The notes: generated by a model not told the origin, from the sequence alone. A stretch of 50,455 nt of DNA from a virus (IMGVR_UViG_3300037565_000061:1-50455); one strand, 5' to 3'; shown: positions 26,430-35,812, numbered from the stretch's first letter. Numbers and translations: made by a program.

Positions 26430-27978
26430 GACGCACGACCCCAGCCAGTTGGCCGACGACATCGCCCAGATGCAGGACAATTGGCGACAGGTCCGCGCCA
26501 TCCTTGGCGGGATCAAGACTATGCGGGAGGCGGGGACGACCTACCTGCCGCAGTTCCTCGAAGAGGACGACGAGGTCTACGACCAGCGCCTCCAGGCCAC
26601 CAAGATGACCAACGTCTTCCGGGACGTGATCGAGAACCTGAGCCAGCGCCCCTTCTCCAAGCAGGTCGATCTCTCCGACGAGACCAAGGGCGGCGGCAAG
26701 GAGATGCAGGACTTCATCTGGGACGTGGACGGCTCGGGCCGCTCCATGCACACCTTTGCCTCCGAGATCTTCTTCGACGGCGTGGCCTACGGCATCGAGT
26801 GGGTGCTGGTGGACTATCCGCGTGGTCTCAGGAATGCCACCCGCGCCCAGGAGAAGGAAGCGGGCGCCCGGGTCAAGTGGCTGCGCTACGACGCCCTCTC
26901 CGTCCTGGCCGCCGACACGGCCATCATCAAGGGCCGCGAGGAGTTCGTTCACGTGCGCCTGCGCGAGAGCCGCCGCGAGCGCAAGGGCTTCACCGTCGAG
27001 ACCATTCCGCAGATCCGGGTGCTGGAGCGCGAGGAGATCAGCCCCGGCCTGTGGGGCCCACCCGAGTGGTCGCTCTGGGAGGAGCAACAGGTCGAAGGCA
27101 AGGTCGGTAAGGAGTGGGTGCGCGTCGATGAGGGTGCGCTGACCATCGACACGATTCCGCTGGTGCCCTTTATGACGGGCCGCCGCGACGGCAACTGCTG
27201 GAAGCTCTTCACGCCGATGGAGGACGCCGCCGATCTCCAGGTGGACCTCTACCAGCAGGAGTCGGCCCACAAGCACGTCAAGAACATGAGCGCCTTTCCC
27301 ATGCTTGTGGGGGAGGGGGTGACACCCGAGACGGGCGAGGGCGGCAAGCCCAAACCCATGACATTCGGCCCGATGACCGTTCTCTACGCGCCCGCGACCG
27401 GCGAGGGCGGCAGCCCGCGCTGGAACTTCCTGGAACCGGACGGGCAATCGCTGACCCAGCTGTCGGGCGACATCAAGGACACGATCAAGGAGATCCGCGA
27501 GCTTGGCCGCCAGCCACTCACGGCCCAGTCGGGCAACCTGACGGTCATCACCACGCAGGTCGCGGCCCAGAAGGGCAACACGGCGATCCAAGCCTGGGCC
27601 ATGGGTCTCAAGCTCTCGCTGGAGCGGATGCTGGAGCTGACCGCAAAGTGGATGGGCATCAAGGGCTTCGAGCCGGTCGTCTACGTGGACACCGACTTCG
27701 ACCTGACCTGGGCTGACAACGACACCTACGCCCACGTGCTGAAGCTCCGCGAGACCGGCGAGATCAGCCGCACCACCGCGCTCAACGAGGCCAAGCGCCG
27801 TCACATTCTCTCCGACGACTACGACCCGGAGGGGGATCTCGACGCGCTGCTAGAGGAGATCGAGGACGACGAGGAGGATGCACCCGATCCCGTCGATCCG
27901 CCGCCCCCGCCCGAGGGTGAAGACGAGGAAGAGGGCGACGACGAAACCACTGAAACCGAAGAGGAAACCACCCCATGA
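26422..27978 (+). CDS. Portal protein (DUF4055-like)
   Basis: MREAGTTYLPQF..E...Y..RL, DVDGSG, IPLVPF; follows TerL; acidic tail. Confidence 0.85.
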   Translation: MDKTHDPSQLADDIAQMQDNWRQVRAILGGIKTMREAGTTYLPQFLEEDDEVYDQRLQATKMTNVFRDVIENLSQRPFSKQVDLSDETKGGGKEMQDFIWDVDGSGRSMHTFASEIFFDGVAYGIEWVLVDYPRGLRNATRAQEKEAGARVKWLRYDALSVLAADTAIIKGREEFVHVRLRESRRERKGFTVETIPQIRVLEREEISPGLWGPPEWSLWEEQQVEGKVGKEWVRVDEGALTIDTIPLVPFMTGRRDGNCWKLFTPMEDAADLQVDLYQQESAHKHVKNMSAFPMLVGEGVTPETGEGGKPKPMTFGPMTVLYAPATGEGGSPRWNFLEPDGQSLTQLSGDIKDTIKEIRELGRQPLTAQSGNLTVITTQVAAQKGNTAIQAWAMGLKLSLERMLELTAKWMGIKGFEPVVYVDTDFDLTWADNDTYAHVLKLRETGEISRTTALNEAKRRHILSDDYDPEGDLDALLEEIEDDEEDAPDPVDPPPPPEGEDEEEGDDETTETEEETTP

Positions 27979-28769
27979 AACTCAAGACAGTCGAGATCGA
28001 AGGCAAAGTCTACGCCGAGGTCCAGGACGGCAACCCGGTCTACGAGGTAGACGGCAAAGACCAGCCCATCGACGCCGCCAAGGCCATCGGCAAGATCCCC
28101 TCTCTGCAAGCTGAGGCGCAGCGCCACCGCGAGGAGAAGGAGAAGCTGGAGGAGGTCGTCGGCAAGTTTAAGGGCATCGAGGACCCCGCTGCCGCACTGA
28201 AGGCGCTGGAGACCGTCTCCGCGCTCGACAGCAAAGAGCTGATCGCCGCCGGTAAGGTGGACGAAATCAAGGCCGCCGCGGTCAAGGCCACCGAGGAGAA
28301 GATGGCCGCTGCCATCAGGGCCAAGGACGAGGAACTGGCGAAGATCGCCAAGGAGCGCGACACGGTCTCCAGCCAGCTTTCCAACGAGCTCATTGGCGGG
28401 GCCTTCGCCCGCTCCGAGTTTGTCCGCGAGAAGGTCGCCATCCCGGCGGACTTCCTGCAGGCCCGCTTCGGGCAGAACTTCAAGGTCGAGGACGGCAAGG
28501 CCGTGGCCTACGACCAGAGCGGCAACAAGATCTACTCCAAGACCAACCCCGGTGATCTCGCCAACTTCGACGAGGCGATCTCGATCCTGGTCGATCAGTA
28601 TCCGCAGCGCGACCACATCCTCAAAGGCTCCCAGAACGAAGGCGCAGGCGCCAACGGAGGGGCAGGGGGCAACGGTGGTGCCAAGACCATCCCGCGTTCC
28701 CAGTTCAACGCCATGGATCAGGGCGCTCGCGCTGCAAAGCTCAAGGACGGCTACAAGGTGGCCGACTGA
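27975..28769 (+). CDS. Capsid scaffolding protein (DUF6651-like)
   Basis: Coiled coil, IGGAFARS.F, FKVEDGK, IYS..PG..A.FDEA; between portal and capsid. Confidence 0.8.
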   Translation: MKLKTVEIEGKVYAEVQDGNPVYEVDGKDQPIDAAKAIGKIPSLQAEAQRHREEKEKLEEVVGKFKGIEDPAAALKALETVSALDSKELIAAGKVDEIKAAAVKATEEKMAAAIRAKDEELAKIAKERDTVSSQLSNELIGGAFARSEFVREKVAIPADFLQARFGQNFKVEDGKAVAYDQSGNKIYSKTNPGDLANFDEAISILVDQYPQRDHILKGSQNEGAGANGGAGGNGGAKTIPRSQFNAMDQGARAAKLKDGYKVAD

Positions 28770-28882
28770 CCCCGGCCCGGATGGGCAACCCTATGCCGCT
28801 CTCGGGAGGAAGCCCGGCGGTGCTCGGAGGAGGAAGCCTCCAACCCTTCACATCAACCCCCTTTGCCTAAAGGAGAAATACC

Positions 28883-30052
28883 ATGGCAAACGTCCTCACG
28901 GACCTTGCGGCGGACCTCTACAAAGCCGCCGACATCGTCGGGCGTGAAGCTGTCGGCTTCATTCCCTCCGTCACCATCAACGCAGGCGCGCAAGCAGTTG
29001 CCCAGGGTGACACCATCCGCTCGCACTTCACCCGCGAAGCAACGGTGAACACCAGCCACACGCCCTCGATGACCATCCCCGAGGGTGATGACCAGACGGT
29101 CGACACCAAGACCATGTCGCTGAGCCAGATCGCCAACGTCCAGATCCCCTGGACCGGCGAGGACATGAAGCATGTCAACAACGGCCCCGGCTACGAGACG
29201 ATCTACGGCGACCAGGTGGAGCAGGCGCTGCGCGGCATCGTCAACGCCATCGAGGCCCACGTCGCGACCGTCGCCTACCAGGGCGCCTCCCGCGCCATCG
29301 GCACGGCGGGCACCACGCCCTTCGGCTCCAACTTCAACGACATCGCTGAAGTGCGCCAGATCCTCTTCGACAACGGGATGCCGGTGAACGACGGACGTCT
29401 CTCGCTGGTCCTGAGCTCCAACGCCGGCACGAACCTGCGCCAACTCGCGCAGCTTCAGAAGGTGAACGAGTCCGGTGATGAGCGGATGCTCCGTCAGGGC
29501 ACCCTGCTCGATCTTCAGGGCTTCATGCTCAAGGAGAGCGCGCAGGTGCAGAGCCACACCCGTGGCACCGCTTACGGGGCCTCGCCCGACTACCTGGTGG
29601 ACTACGGCTCCGGCTACAACATCGGAGACAAGACCATCCACCTCGATACGGGTGCGGGCACCCACGTCGCGGGCGATGTCATCACCTTTGCTGGCGACAG
29701 CCACAAGTACGTGATCGGCACCGGCTCGGCAGACTCGGGTGACAAGGACATCGTGCTCAATGGCCCCGGCCTGCGCGCTGCCCTCTCCGATGGCGTCGTG
29801 GCGGAGGTGGGCGACAGCTTCACCGCCAACGTCGGTCTGCACCAGAACGCGGTCGAGCTTGCCATGCGTCCCATGGAGAAGCCCGGCGGCGGTGACGCGG
29901 CTGTGGACGAACTGATCGTGCAGGATCCCCGCTCGGGCCTGGTGTTCCGCATCAGCGCCTACAAGGGCTTCTACAAGTCGATGTTCGACATCACCGTGCT
30001 CTATCAGGCGAAAGCCTGGAAGCCGGAAGCCATCGCCCTGCTGCTGGGCTAA
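28883..30052 (+). CDS. Major capsid protein (P22 coat family)
   Basis: 389 aa, AAGGAG RBS, REAVGFIPSV, AGDVITFAG insertion domain, WKPE..ALLLG. Confidence 0.88.
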   Translation: MANVLTDLAADLYKAADIVGREAVGFIPSVTINAGAQAVAQGDTIRSHFTREATVNTSHTPSMTIPEGDDQTVDTKTMSLSQIANVQIPWTGEDMKHVNNGPGYETIYGDQVEQALRGIVNAIEAHVATVAYQGASRAIGTAGTTPFGSNFNDIAEVRQILFDNGMPVNDGRLSLVLSSNAGTNLRQLAQLQKVNESGDERMLRQGTLLDLQGFMLKESAQVQSHTRGTAYGASPDYLVDYGSGYNIGDKTIHLDTGAGTHVAGDVITFAGDSHKYVIGTGSADSGDKDIVLNGPGLRAALSDGVVAEVGDSFTANVGLHQNAVELAMRPMEKPGGGDAAVDELIVQDPRSGLVFRISAYKGFYKSMFDITVLYQAKAWKPEAIALLLG

Positions 30053-30056
30053 GCCC

Positions 30057-30086
30057 TTCGGGCGGGTCTCCTCGGTCCCGCCCGAA
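30057..30086 (+). terminator. Stem-loop after capsid gene
   Basis: TTCGGGCGGG...CCCGCCCGAA 10-bp stem; lacks a U-tract. Confidence 0.4.
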
Positions 30087-30173
30087 ACCGCTCCGCCGCC
30101 GACCTCGTGATCCCCCCAGGATTCTCCACGGCGGCGGGGCACCTCACCCCGAAACCAGAAAAGGAGGGCAGCC

Positions 30174-30506
30174 ATGTCCCGGCTCCCAACCGTCCAGATT
30201 TACGTGGGCGACCGCGTGGGCTTCATCAACGAAGCCGACTTCGACCCGAAAAAGCACAGGATCTTCTCAGGCAAGCCCGAAGACCTGCCGGGCCGCGAAC
30301 CGGACCCCACCCCCTCGGATCGCGAACTGCTCGAAGAGCGCGCCAAGGCCGCCGAGGTCGAGTTCCACCCCAACATCTCCGACGAGAAGCTCCTCGAGCG
30401 CGTCGAGGCCGCAGAGGCCGCCCAGGAGCCTGCGCCCGCGCCCGAACCGGCGCCCGCGAAAGAGCCCGCCAAGGCGCCAGCGAAGAAGGCCAGCAAGGCC
30501 AAGTGA
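30174..30506 (+). CDS. Small head-region protein with Pro/Ala/Lys-rich tail
   Basis: INEADFDP.KH; HPNISDEKLLERV; EPAPAPEPAPAK; AAGGAGG RBS. Confidence 0.75.
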   Translation: MSRLPTVQIYVGDRVGFINEADFDPKKHRIFSGKPEDLPGREPDPTPSDRELLEERAKAAEVEFHPNISDEKLLERVEAAEAAQEPAPAPEPAPAKEPAKAPAKKASKAK

Positions 30507-30568
30507 ACAGCCGCGCGGCGGGCGCTGGGGGCCACCCGATACCCGCCACCAATTTCTGAGGGCACGAC

Positions 30569-31096
30569 ATGGCACTGACACCTGAAGACGGCACCGGGCT
30601 CGCCAACGCCGATGCCCTGATCTCGCTTGCCTATGCGAACACCTACCACTCCGAGCGGGGCAACAGCACCTGGACCGGCGACGACGCTGACAAGGAAAGC
30701 GCGATCCGCCGCGCCAGCTTCTACCTGTCGAACCACTACGACTGGATCGGCCTGCCGCTCAACGGGCGCACCCAGGCCCTGGCATGGCCGCGCACCGGCG
30801 TGGTGGACGGGCTGGGCTACGCCATCGAGAGCAGCGAGATCCCAAAGGAGGTCAAGCAGGCCTGTGCCGAGGCCGCGCTGCGCGAGCTTGTCTCGGTCGG
30901 CTCCCTGACGCCCGACTACACCCCTTCCGAGCGCCTGGAGAGCGCCAAGGTCGGGCCGGTCTCCGTGACCTACGCCAACAACCGCACCGACAGCGAGTCC
31001 TCGCGGCCCATCCTGCTGATCGTGCGCGACCTGATCTCGCAGTATCTCGAGGACGGCGGCAGCACGACGCTCATAGGCCGGGCCAACCGTGGCTAA
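30569..31096 (+). CDS. Head-tail adaptor (DnaT-like family)
   Basis: EDGTGLANA, QALAWPR, IPKEVKQACAEAAL, KVGPVSVTY. Confidence 0.85.
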   Translation: MALTPEDGTGLANADALISLAYANTYHSERGNSTWTGDDADKESAIRRASFYLSNHYDWIGLPLNGRTQALAWPRTGVVDGLGYAIESSEIPKEVKQACAEAALRELVSVGSLTPDYTPSERLESAKVGPVSVTYANNRTDSESSRPILLIVRDLISQYLEDGGSTTLIGRANRG

Positions 31097-31346
31097 GATC
31101 CAGGCGGTCGCGGGCCGCGACATCGAGCGCCAGGACGAAAAGGCGCAGGTGCTGGCGGCGCTGCACAATGCGATCGCGCTGGTGGAGAGCGGGGAGCTGG
31201 AGGCCAACCGGGTCGCCATCATCCTCGCCAACAACCAGGTCGAGATCTTCGAGTTCCGCTGCCTCTTCTGGGGCCGCGCCCTGGAGATGATGGGCCTTCT
31301 GGAGATCGGGCGCGGCTACCTGCTCGACGTGACGGTGGACGGATGA
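31089..31346 (+). CDS. Hypothetical protein
   Basis: 85 aa, coupled at both ends. Confidence 0.65.
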   Translation: MAKIQAVAGRDIERQDEKAQVLAALHNAIALVESGELEANRVAIILANNQVEIFEFRCLFWGRALEMMGLLEIGRGYLLDVTVDG

Positions 31347-31975
31347 TCTCGGTCGTTTGCGTCCTGCGCTCGGGCGGGATCTACACCCCCGAATGGGTCT
31401 ACCGCCTGCGCGCCGGGGTCGAGAAGCACCTCAAGGCCAAGCACACCTTCATCTGCCTGTCGGACCTGGAGCTCAACTGCCACCGGGTGCGGCTCTGGCG
31501 GCCCTGGTACGGCTGGTGGTCGAAGATCGAGCTTTTCCGGCCCAACCTTTTCACCGGGCCGACCCTCTACATGGACCTCGACACCATCGTAACCGGGCCG
31601 CTCGATCCGCTGGTGCGCAAGACGTCCGGCTTCACCATGTGCGCCGACTTCCTGCGGCCCGAGATCCACAACTCCTCCGTCATGTCCTGGCGCGGGGATT
31701 ACTCGCAGATCCACCAAGCCTTCGAGGCCGACCCGGCGGGCGCGAAAGCCTTCTACCGGCTGACCCCTGACGGTCGGATCGGGGATCAAGCCTTCATCGA
31801 GGACGTGGTGGAGCAGATCGACACCTTTCCCGGGCGCACCGTGGCGAGCTTCAAGCGCCACGCCCGGCATGGCGTCCCTGCGGGAACCGCCGCCGTGACC
31901 TTCCACGGCAAGCCCAAGCCCCCTGAAGCCGGGGGCTGGGTCCGAAACCACTGGCCCAAGGACTTCAGACCATGA
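31343..31975 (+). CDS. GT-A fold glycosyltransferase (GT8-like)
   Basis: WWSKIELF, LYMDLD (DxD), NSSVM, GDQAFI, FHGKPKP. Confidence 0.85.
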   Translation: MISVVCVLRSGGIYTPEWVYRLRAGVEKHLKAKHTFICLSDLELNCHRVRLWRPWYGWWSKIELFRPNLFTGPTLYMDLDTIVTGPLDPLVRKTSGFTMCADFLRPEIHNSSVMSWRGDYSQIHQAFEADPAGAKAFYRLTPDGRIGDQAFIEDVVEQIDTFPGRTVASFKRHARHGVPAGTAAVTFHGKPKPPEAGGWVRNHWPKDFRP

Positions 31976-32604
31976 GCAACAGCTTCGAGGACCGCACCGA
32001 GATCCGCATGGGCTACCACGTGCCCAAGGGCGATCGCGTTTGCTTCAAGGCCACCTTGCGCACCCTTCCGGATCTCCTGCAGGCCGTGGCCCTCTGCCCC
32101 GAGCGCCGCATCGCGATCCAGGCGGGCGGCAACGTGGGCGTCTGGGCCAAGGAACTCGCCTATGTCTTCGAGACGGTCTACAGCTTCGAGCCCGACCCGC
32201 TCAACGTCCGCTGCCTGGTGCTCAACACGCCCGACAACGTGATCTGCCAGCAGGCGGCCCTGACCTCGGGCGTCTATGACGGCTGCGTCGATCTCGACCG
32301 CCAGCCCGGCAACATCGGGGCGCACGAGACCAACTGGAGCCGGGTCGGGCGCTATCCTTCGGTCGCCATCGACAGCCTCGCGCTGGAGTGCTGCGACCTG
32401 ATCTATCTCGACATCGAGGGCGACGAGCTTGGAGCCTTCAAGGGGGCCTCGCACACCATCGCGGAGCACCGCCCGGTCGTGGCCTTCGAGGACAAGGGCG
32501 TCAAGGGCACGTCGAAAGGCCAGATCGAGCAATGGCTCGAAAAGGAGTTCGGCTATGAGGTCGTGGCGCGGCCGAACCGCGATGTCATCATGGTGGCGGG
32601 CTGA
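31972..32604 (+). CDS. FkbM-family SAM-dependent methyltransferase
   Basis: IQAGGNVG, YSFEP, IDSL..DLIYLDIEGDE, TI..RPVVAFE. Confidence 0.88.
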   Translation: MSNSFEDRTEIRMGYHVPKGDRVCFKATLRTLPDLLQAVALCPERRIAIQAGGNVGVWAKELAYVFETVYSFEPDPLNVRCLVLNTPDNVICQQAALTSGVYDGCVDLDRQPGNIGAHETNWSRVGRYPSVAIDSLALECCDLIYLDIEGDELGAFKGASHTIAEHRPVVAFEDKGVKGTSKGQIEQWLEKEFGYEVVARPNRDVIMVAG

Positions 32605-33257
32605 TGCTGACGGGGCAGGGCTTCATCTTCGTCCACATTCCCAAGTGCGGCGGCAACTCCGTCGCGATCTCATTGGGTCGCACCGACACCGACATTCCGA
32701 TGCACCTGCCCTACAAGGCGGTGGCGCACCGCGGTCTGCCGGGGATGACCTTCATCCGCAATCCCTGGCACCGGATGGTCTCGCTCTACTACTTCCTCTG
32801 GCAGTCGCCCGCCCGGCACCGACAGCGCGTCAAGCCCGAAGAGATCAAGGCCATGGGCTTCAAGAAATGGCTCCTGGAGGGGACCAACTGGATGTCCAAC
32901 GAGCCGCAGCCTGACGGCGCGGTCTACACCCGCCAGTCGGGCCGCTACGGCGCGGACGTGACCTACGAGGGGCTTGATGTGGTCGCCGCCGAAACCGATC
33001 TGGCGCCGATGCAGCGCCGTCCCTGCATGTGGTGGGCTGAGGGCTGCAAGTACATCGGCAAGGTCGAGACCATGCAGGCCGATCTCAACCGCTTCCTGAT
33101 GGATCTCGGCCAGAAGCCAGTGAACCTCGGGCACGTCAACAAGACCCGCGCCAAGCCGACCCGCTGGCAGGACGAGTACGACTACGAGACCGTCGCCCAC
33201 GTGGCCCGCTATTTCGCCGCCGACATCAAGGCTGGAGGCTACACATGCCCGCTCTGA
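32604..33257 (+). CDS. Sulfotransferase (Sulfotransfer_2-like)
   Basis: FIFVHIPKCGGNS (5'-PSB) and FIRNPWHRMVSLY (3'-PB) PAPS-binding motifs. Confidence 0.85.
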   Translation: MLTGQGFIFVHIPKCGGNSVAISLGRTDTDIPMHLPYKAVAHRGLPGMTFIRNPWHRMVSLYYFLWQSPARHRQRVKPEEIKAMGFKKWLLEGTNWMSNEPQPDGAVYTRQSGRYGADVTYEGLDVVAAETDLAPMQRRPCMWWAEGCKYIGKVETMQADLNRFLMDLGQKPVNLGHVNKTRAKPTRWQDEYDYETVAHVARYFAADIKAGGYTCPL

Positions 33258-33829
33258 CCACGGCCCTTGTCCTCGGCGGCGGCGACACCCTTTTCGAGGA
33301 CATCGACCGCTACCGGGCGGAGCACGGCGGTCACTACGATGGCGTGGTGGCCTGCAACGACGCCGGGACGGTCTGGCCCGAGACGCTGGACGCCTGGGTA
33401 TCCCTGCACTGCCGCTACTTCGTCCAGAAGGATTGGCGCAAGAAGCGGGCCGAGGCGGGCTACCCGGAGGCGCTGCGCCACTATGGGCACCTGCAAGCCT
33501 TCCGGGGCTCGCTGGGCGAGAAGGCGGGGCTGACACGCGACCTGATCGCGACCGACTATCTCTTTCCCGGCCAGGACAAGAGCGGATCTTCGGGCCTCTT
33601 CGCGGCCAAGGTGGCGCTGATCGACCTGGGTTTCGACCGGGCGGTCCTTTGCGGCGTGCCGATGTCGAACGGGCCGCACTTCTGGGATGCGGAGAAAAAG
33701 CCATGGGCCCCGAACGAGGGCTTCCGCCGCCAATGGCTGACGGTGCCGCAGGAGTACCGGGACCGGATGACCTCGATGAGCGGCTGGAGCCGCGTACTAC
33801 TGGGCGCGCCGCCCAGGGCTGACACCTGA
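33245..33829 (+). CDS. Maf/DUF115 or sialyltransferase-like protein
   Basis: ALVLGGG, VVACNDAG, GSSGLFAAKVA..LGF..AVLCGVPM, HFWD. Confidence 0.55.
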   Translation: MPALTTALVLGGGDTLFEDIDRYRAEHGGHYDGVVACNDAGTVWPETLDAWVSLHCRYFVQKDWRKKRAEAGYPEALRHYGHLQAFRGSLGEKAGLTRDLIATDYLFPGQDKSGSSGLFAAKVALIDLGFDRAVLCGVPMSNGPHFWDAEKKPWAPNEGFRRQWLTVPQEYRDRMTSMSGWSRVLLGAPPRADT

Positions 33830-33840
33830 AAGGAAACGAC

Positions 33841-34236
33841 ATGCCCCGCCTACTGAACAACACCGATCGTGACATCACCCTCGGATCGGGCCACATCGTC
33901 CCGGCCCGCGATATGCTGCTGGTGACGGAGCAGACCCTGGCCCACCCCGACAACATCGCCGTGCAGGGCGACATCAGCGCCGGGCGGCTCGTGGTGGAGC
34001 TGGACGACGCGCCGCGCTATGGCGCAACCGGCCAGACCATGGAGGCCGTCGCGGAGGACGAGGAGATCTCGGGCGACGACGAACTTCCCAGCCTGACCCG
34101 CACCGACATCGCCAAGATGCGCAAGAGCGAGCTTGTGGAGCTGCTGGAGGCCCACGGCTGCGAGGGCGCGGCCCTGGAGGGCACCGCCGACGAGCTGCGC
34201 GACACCGCCGTCGCCGTGATCTTCGCAGACCTCTGA
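33841..34236 (+). CDS. Hypothetical head-region protein with helix-extended-helix C-terminus
   Basis: IAKMRKSELVELLEAHG...GTADELR; AAGGA RBS. Confidence 0.7.
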   Translation: MPRLLNNTDRDITLGSGHIVPARDMLLVTEQTLAHPDNIAVQGDISAGRLVVELDDAPRYGATGQTMEAVAEDEEISGDDELPSLTRTDIAKMRKSELVELLEAHGCEGAALEGTADELRDTAVAVIFADL

Positions 34237-34589
34237 TGCCCAGCTTCGCCTACGGGCCGCTCAAGACCCTCGCGGAGAACCTTGTTGAACAGTTTGGCGA
34301 TACGGCCATACTGCGGCAGGTCACGAACAGCGGAACGGCGTATGCCCCAACTCAGACCGAAACGGACACCACGATCAAGGTCGTGGAAGATGAGGATGAG
34401 GTTCGGGATAGCTCTGGATCGCTTGTGGGGCAAACCGAACGAACGCTTTATGTCTCAACATCGGCTGGCGTCGTTCCAGGCAAGAGCGACAAGATCGTGA
34501 TGGATGGTGTGGAGTTCGAGATAGTGACCGCCAAGCGCGTCAGGGGAGGTAGCTTAAACCTCCTCTACGAAGTGGTCATTCTTACGTGA
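34236..34589 (+). CDS. Head closure / head-tail joining protein
   Basis: A..LVEQFG, P...DKIVMDG..FEIV, LYEV; size and position. Confidence 0.75.
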   Translation: MPSFAYGPLKTLAENLVEQFGDTAILRQVTNSGTAYAPTQTETDTTIKVVEDEDEVRDSSGSLVGQTERTLYVSTSAGVVPGKSDKIVMDGVEFEIVTAKRVRGGSLNLLYEVVILT

Positions 34590-34723
34590 CCCGCACGGTG
34601 CTCGATGACCTCTCGGCGGCCCAGCTTGCCGAGATCGAGCGCAGAGTTGCGCAAGCCGGCGCCTGGGCTATGCTGGTCTGGCTGATTGCCTGGTATCAGG
34701 CGATGAACAGGAGGCCGAGATGA
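34586..34723 (+). CDS. Small hypothetical protein (45 aa)
   Basis: GTGA/ATGA coupled; hydrophobic C-terminal half. Confidence 0.4.
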   Translation: MTRTVLDDLSAAQLAEIERRVAQAGAWAMLVWLIAWYQAMNRRPR

Positions 34724-34872
34724 GCAACGCGAAATTTCACACGATTATGACAGCTTTGTGCGTGTTGATGGTAGCCTCCTTTGACAAACCGTTGCCGCTT
34801 TGGATCGGTATGCTTGCCACGATTTTCAACGCCGTTCTCGCCATCTACTATGTGGTGCGCGAAGAAACCTGA
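34720..34872 (+). CDS. Small 2-TM membrane protein (50 aa)
   Basis: MSNAKFHTIMTALCVLMVASFDKPLPLWIGMLATIFNAVLAIYYVVREET; AGGAGG RBS. Confidence 0.55.
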   Translation: MSNAKFHTIMTALCVLMVASFDKPLPLWIGMLATIFNAVLAIYYVVREET

Positions 34873-34941
34873 CGGGATGTTTGATTGAGGCGCTGCACGT
34901 CGCAGCGGATCGCCTTCGAAAGCAGGCGAAGGGAGACGGAA

Positions 34942-35115
34942 ATGCGTGACCGCAACTGGATCGAAACGACTATCATAACAACCGGCGTCCGCCAGCAGAT
35001 CGACGCCAACGCGATCGAGGGCGAGCCAGAAGACAAGCGCGCCCGCCACACGCCGCCTATGGACCGATCTGGCGAGCTGTGGATGCCGGGGTTCCACCGG
35101 GTCGAGAGAGGCTGA
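34942..35115 (+). CDS. Small hypothetical protein
   Basis: MRDRNWIETT..., GGGAG RBS. Confidence 0.5.
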   Translation: MRDRNWIETTIITTGVRQQIDANAIEGEPEDKRARHTPPMDRSGELWMPGFHRVERG

Positions 35116-35116
35116 G

Positions 35117-35374
35117 ATGATGCAAGCCATGAACACCATTCGGGTTCGCCTGGGCGGAGAGAGCGACGTGGTTCAGGCCATGCACTCCGAGCAGGCGGCA
35201 CTCGACATTCGGCCCTACGAAGTCTCGGCCAGCTTTCATTCCAACGATCCAGGGCTGATCGGGAAGGCGGTCAAGATGGAGATCGAAGGCAGCAAAGACC
35301 GGTATGGCGTCGTGAACGAAAACGGCGATGCTGATCTGGTGACTGACCGCGTCTTGATCGCGAAGGAAGCCTGA
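35117..35374 (+). CDS. Hypothetical protein
   Basis: 85 aa, GAGG RBS. Confidence 0.6.
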   Translation: MMQAMNTIRVRLGGESDVVQAMHSEQAALDIRPYEVSASFHSNDPGLIGKAVKMEIEGSKDRYGVVNENGDADLVTDRVLIAKEA

Positions 35375-35375
35375 G

Positions 35376-35549
35376 ATGACGGATATTCGCAACTGGCTGA
35401 TTGAGCAGCGCGCAAGGCTAGATGCGGCGCAGACCATTAAGCGGATTGCTCAACTCGGCCCCAAGTTGGCTACAGATATGAAGCACCCCGGCGCCCCCTT
35501 CGGCGCTTCATTGACGATAAACTGCCGATGCGTGATCAAACCGAAATGA
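35376..35549 (+). CDS. 57-aa protein ending in gpF-like HPG...INCRC motif
   Basis: MTDIRNWLIE...MKHPGAPFGASLTINCRCVIKPK; AAGGA RBS; ATGA coupled. Confidence 0.55.
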   Translation: MTDIRNWLIEQRARLDAAQTIKRIAQLGPKLATDMKHPGAPFGASLTINCRCVIKPK

Positions 35550-35752
35550 CCAACGCTGCCACCCGCGAAATGCAAGGCATGGGGCCTGTCGAGGTCGTGC
35601 AAGAGTTTCAGAAGGGCTGCGTCGATACGAAAACCCGAGGGGAGCCAGCCCACACCTGCTCCGAATGCTTCTCTGCTGCCATCGAACTCCTGATGAAACA
35701 GGGCTTCAAGAAAGACGAAGCGGCTTCCCTACTTTCAGGACCCGCCACCTAA
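35546..35752 (+). CDS. Small hypothetical protein (C..CxxC)
   Basis: MTNAATRE...FQKGC...CSECF. Confidence 0.55.
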   Translation: MTNAATREMQGMGPVEVVQEFQKGCVDTKTRGEPAHTCSECFSAAIELLMKQGFKKDEAASLLSGPAT

Positions 35753-35812
35753 CCAACCCGAAAACCTGAAACCCCGCGCCGCCCCTGGGCGGTCTTTTCG
35801 CATGGAGCCACG

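Noticed and set aside
34720-34872. Holin call for the 2-TM peptide
   Set aside because: No adjacent endolysin; lysis genes are probably beyond the window
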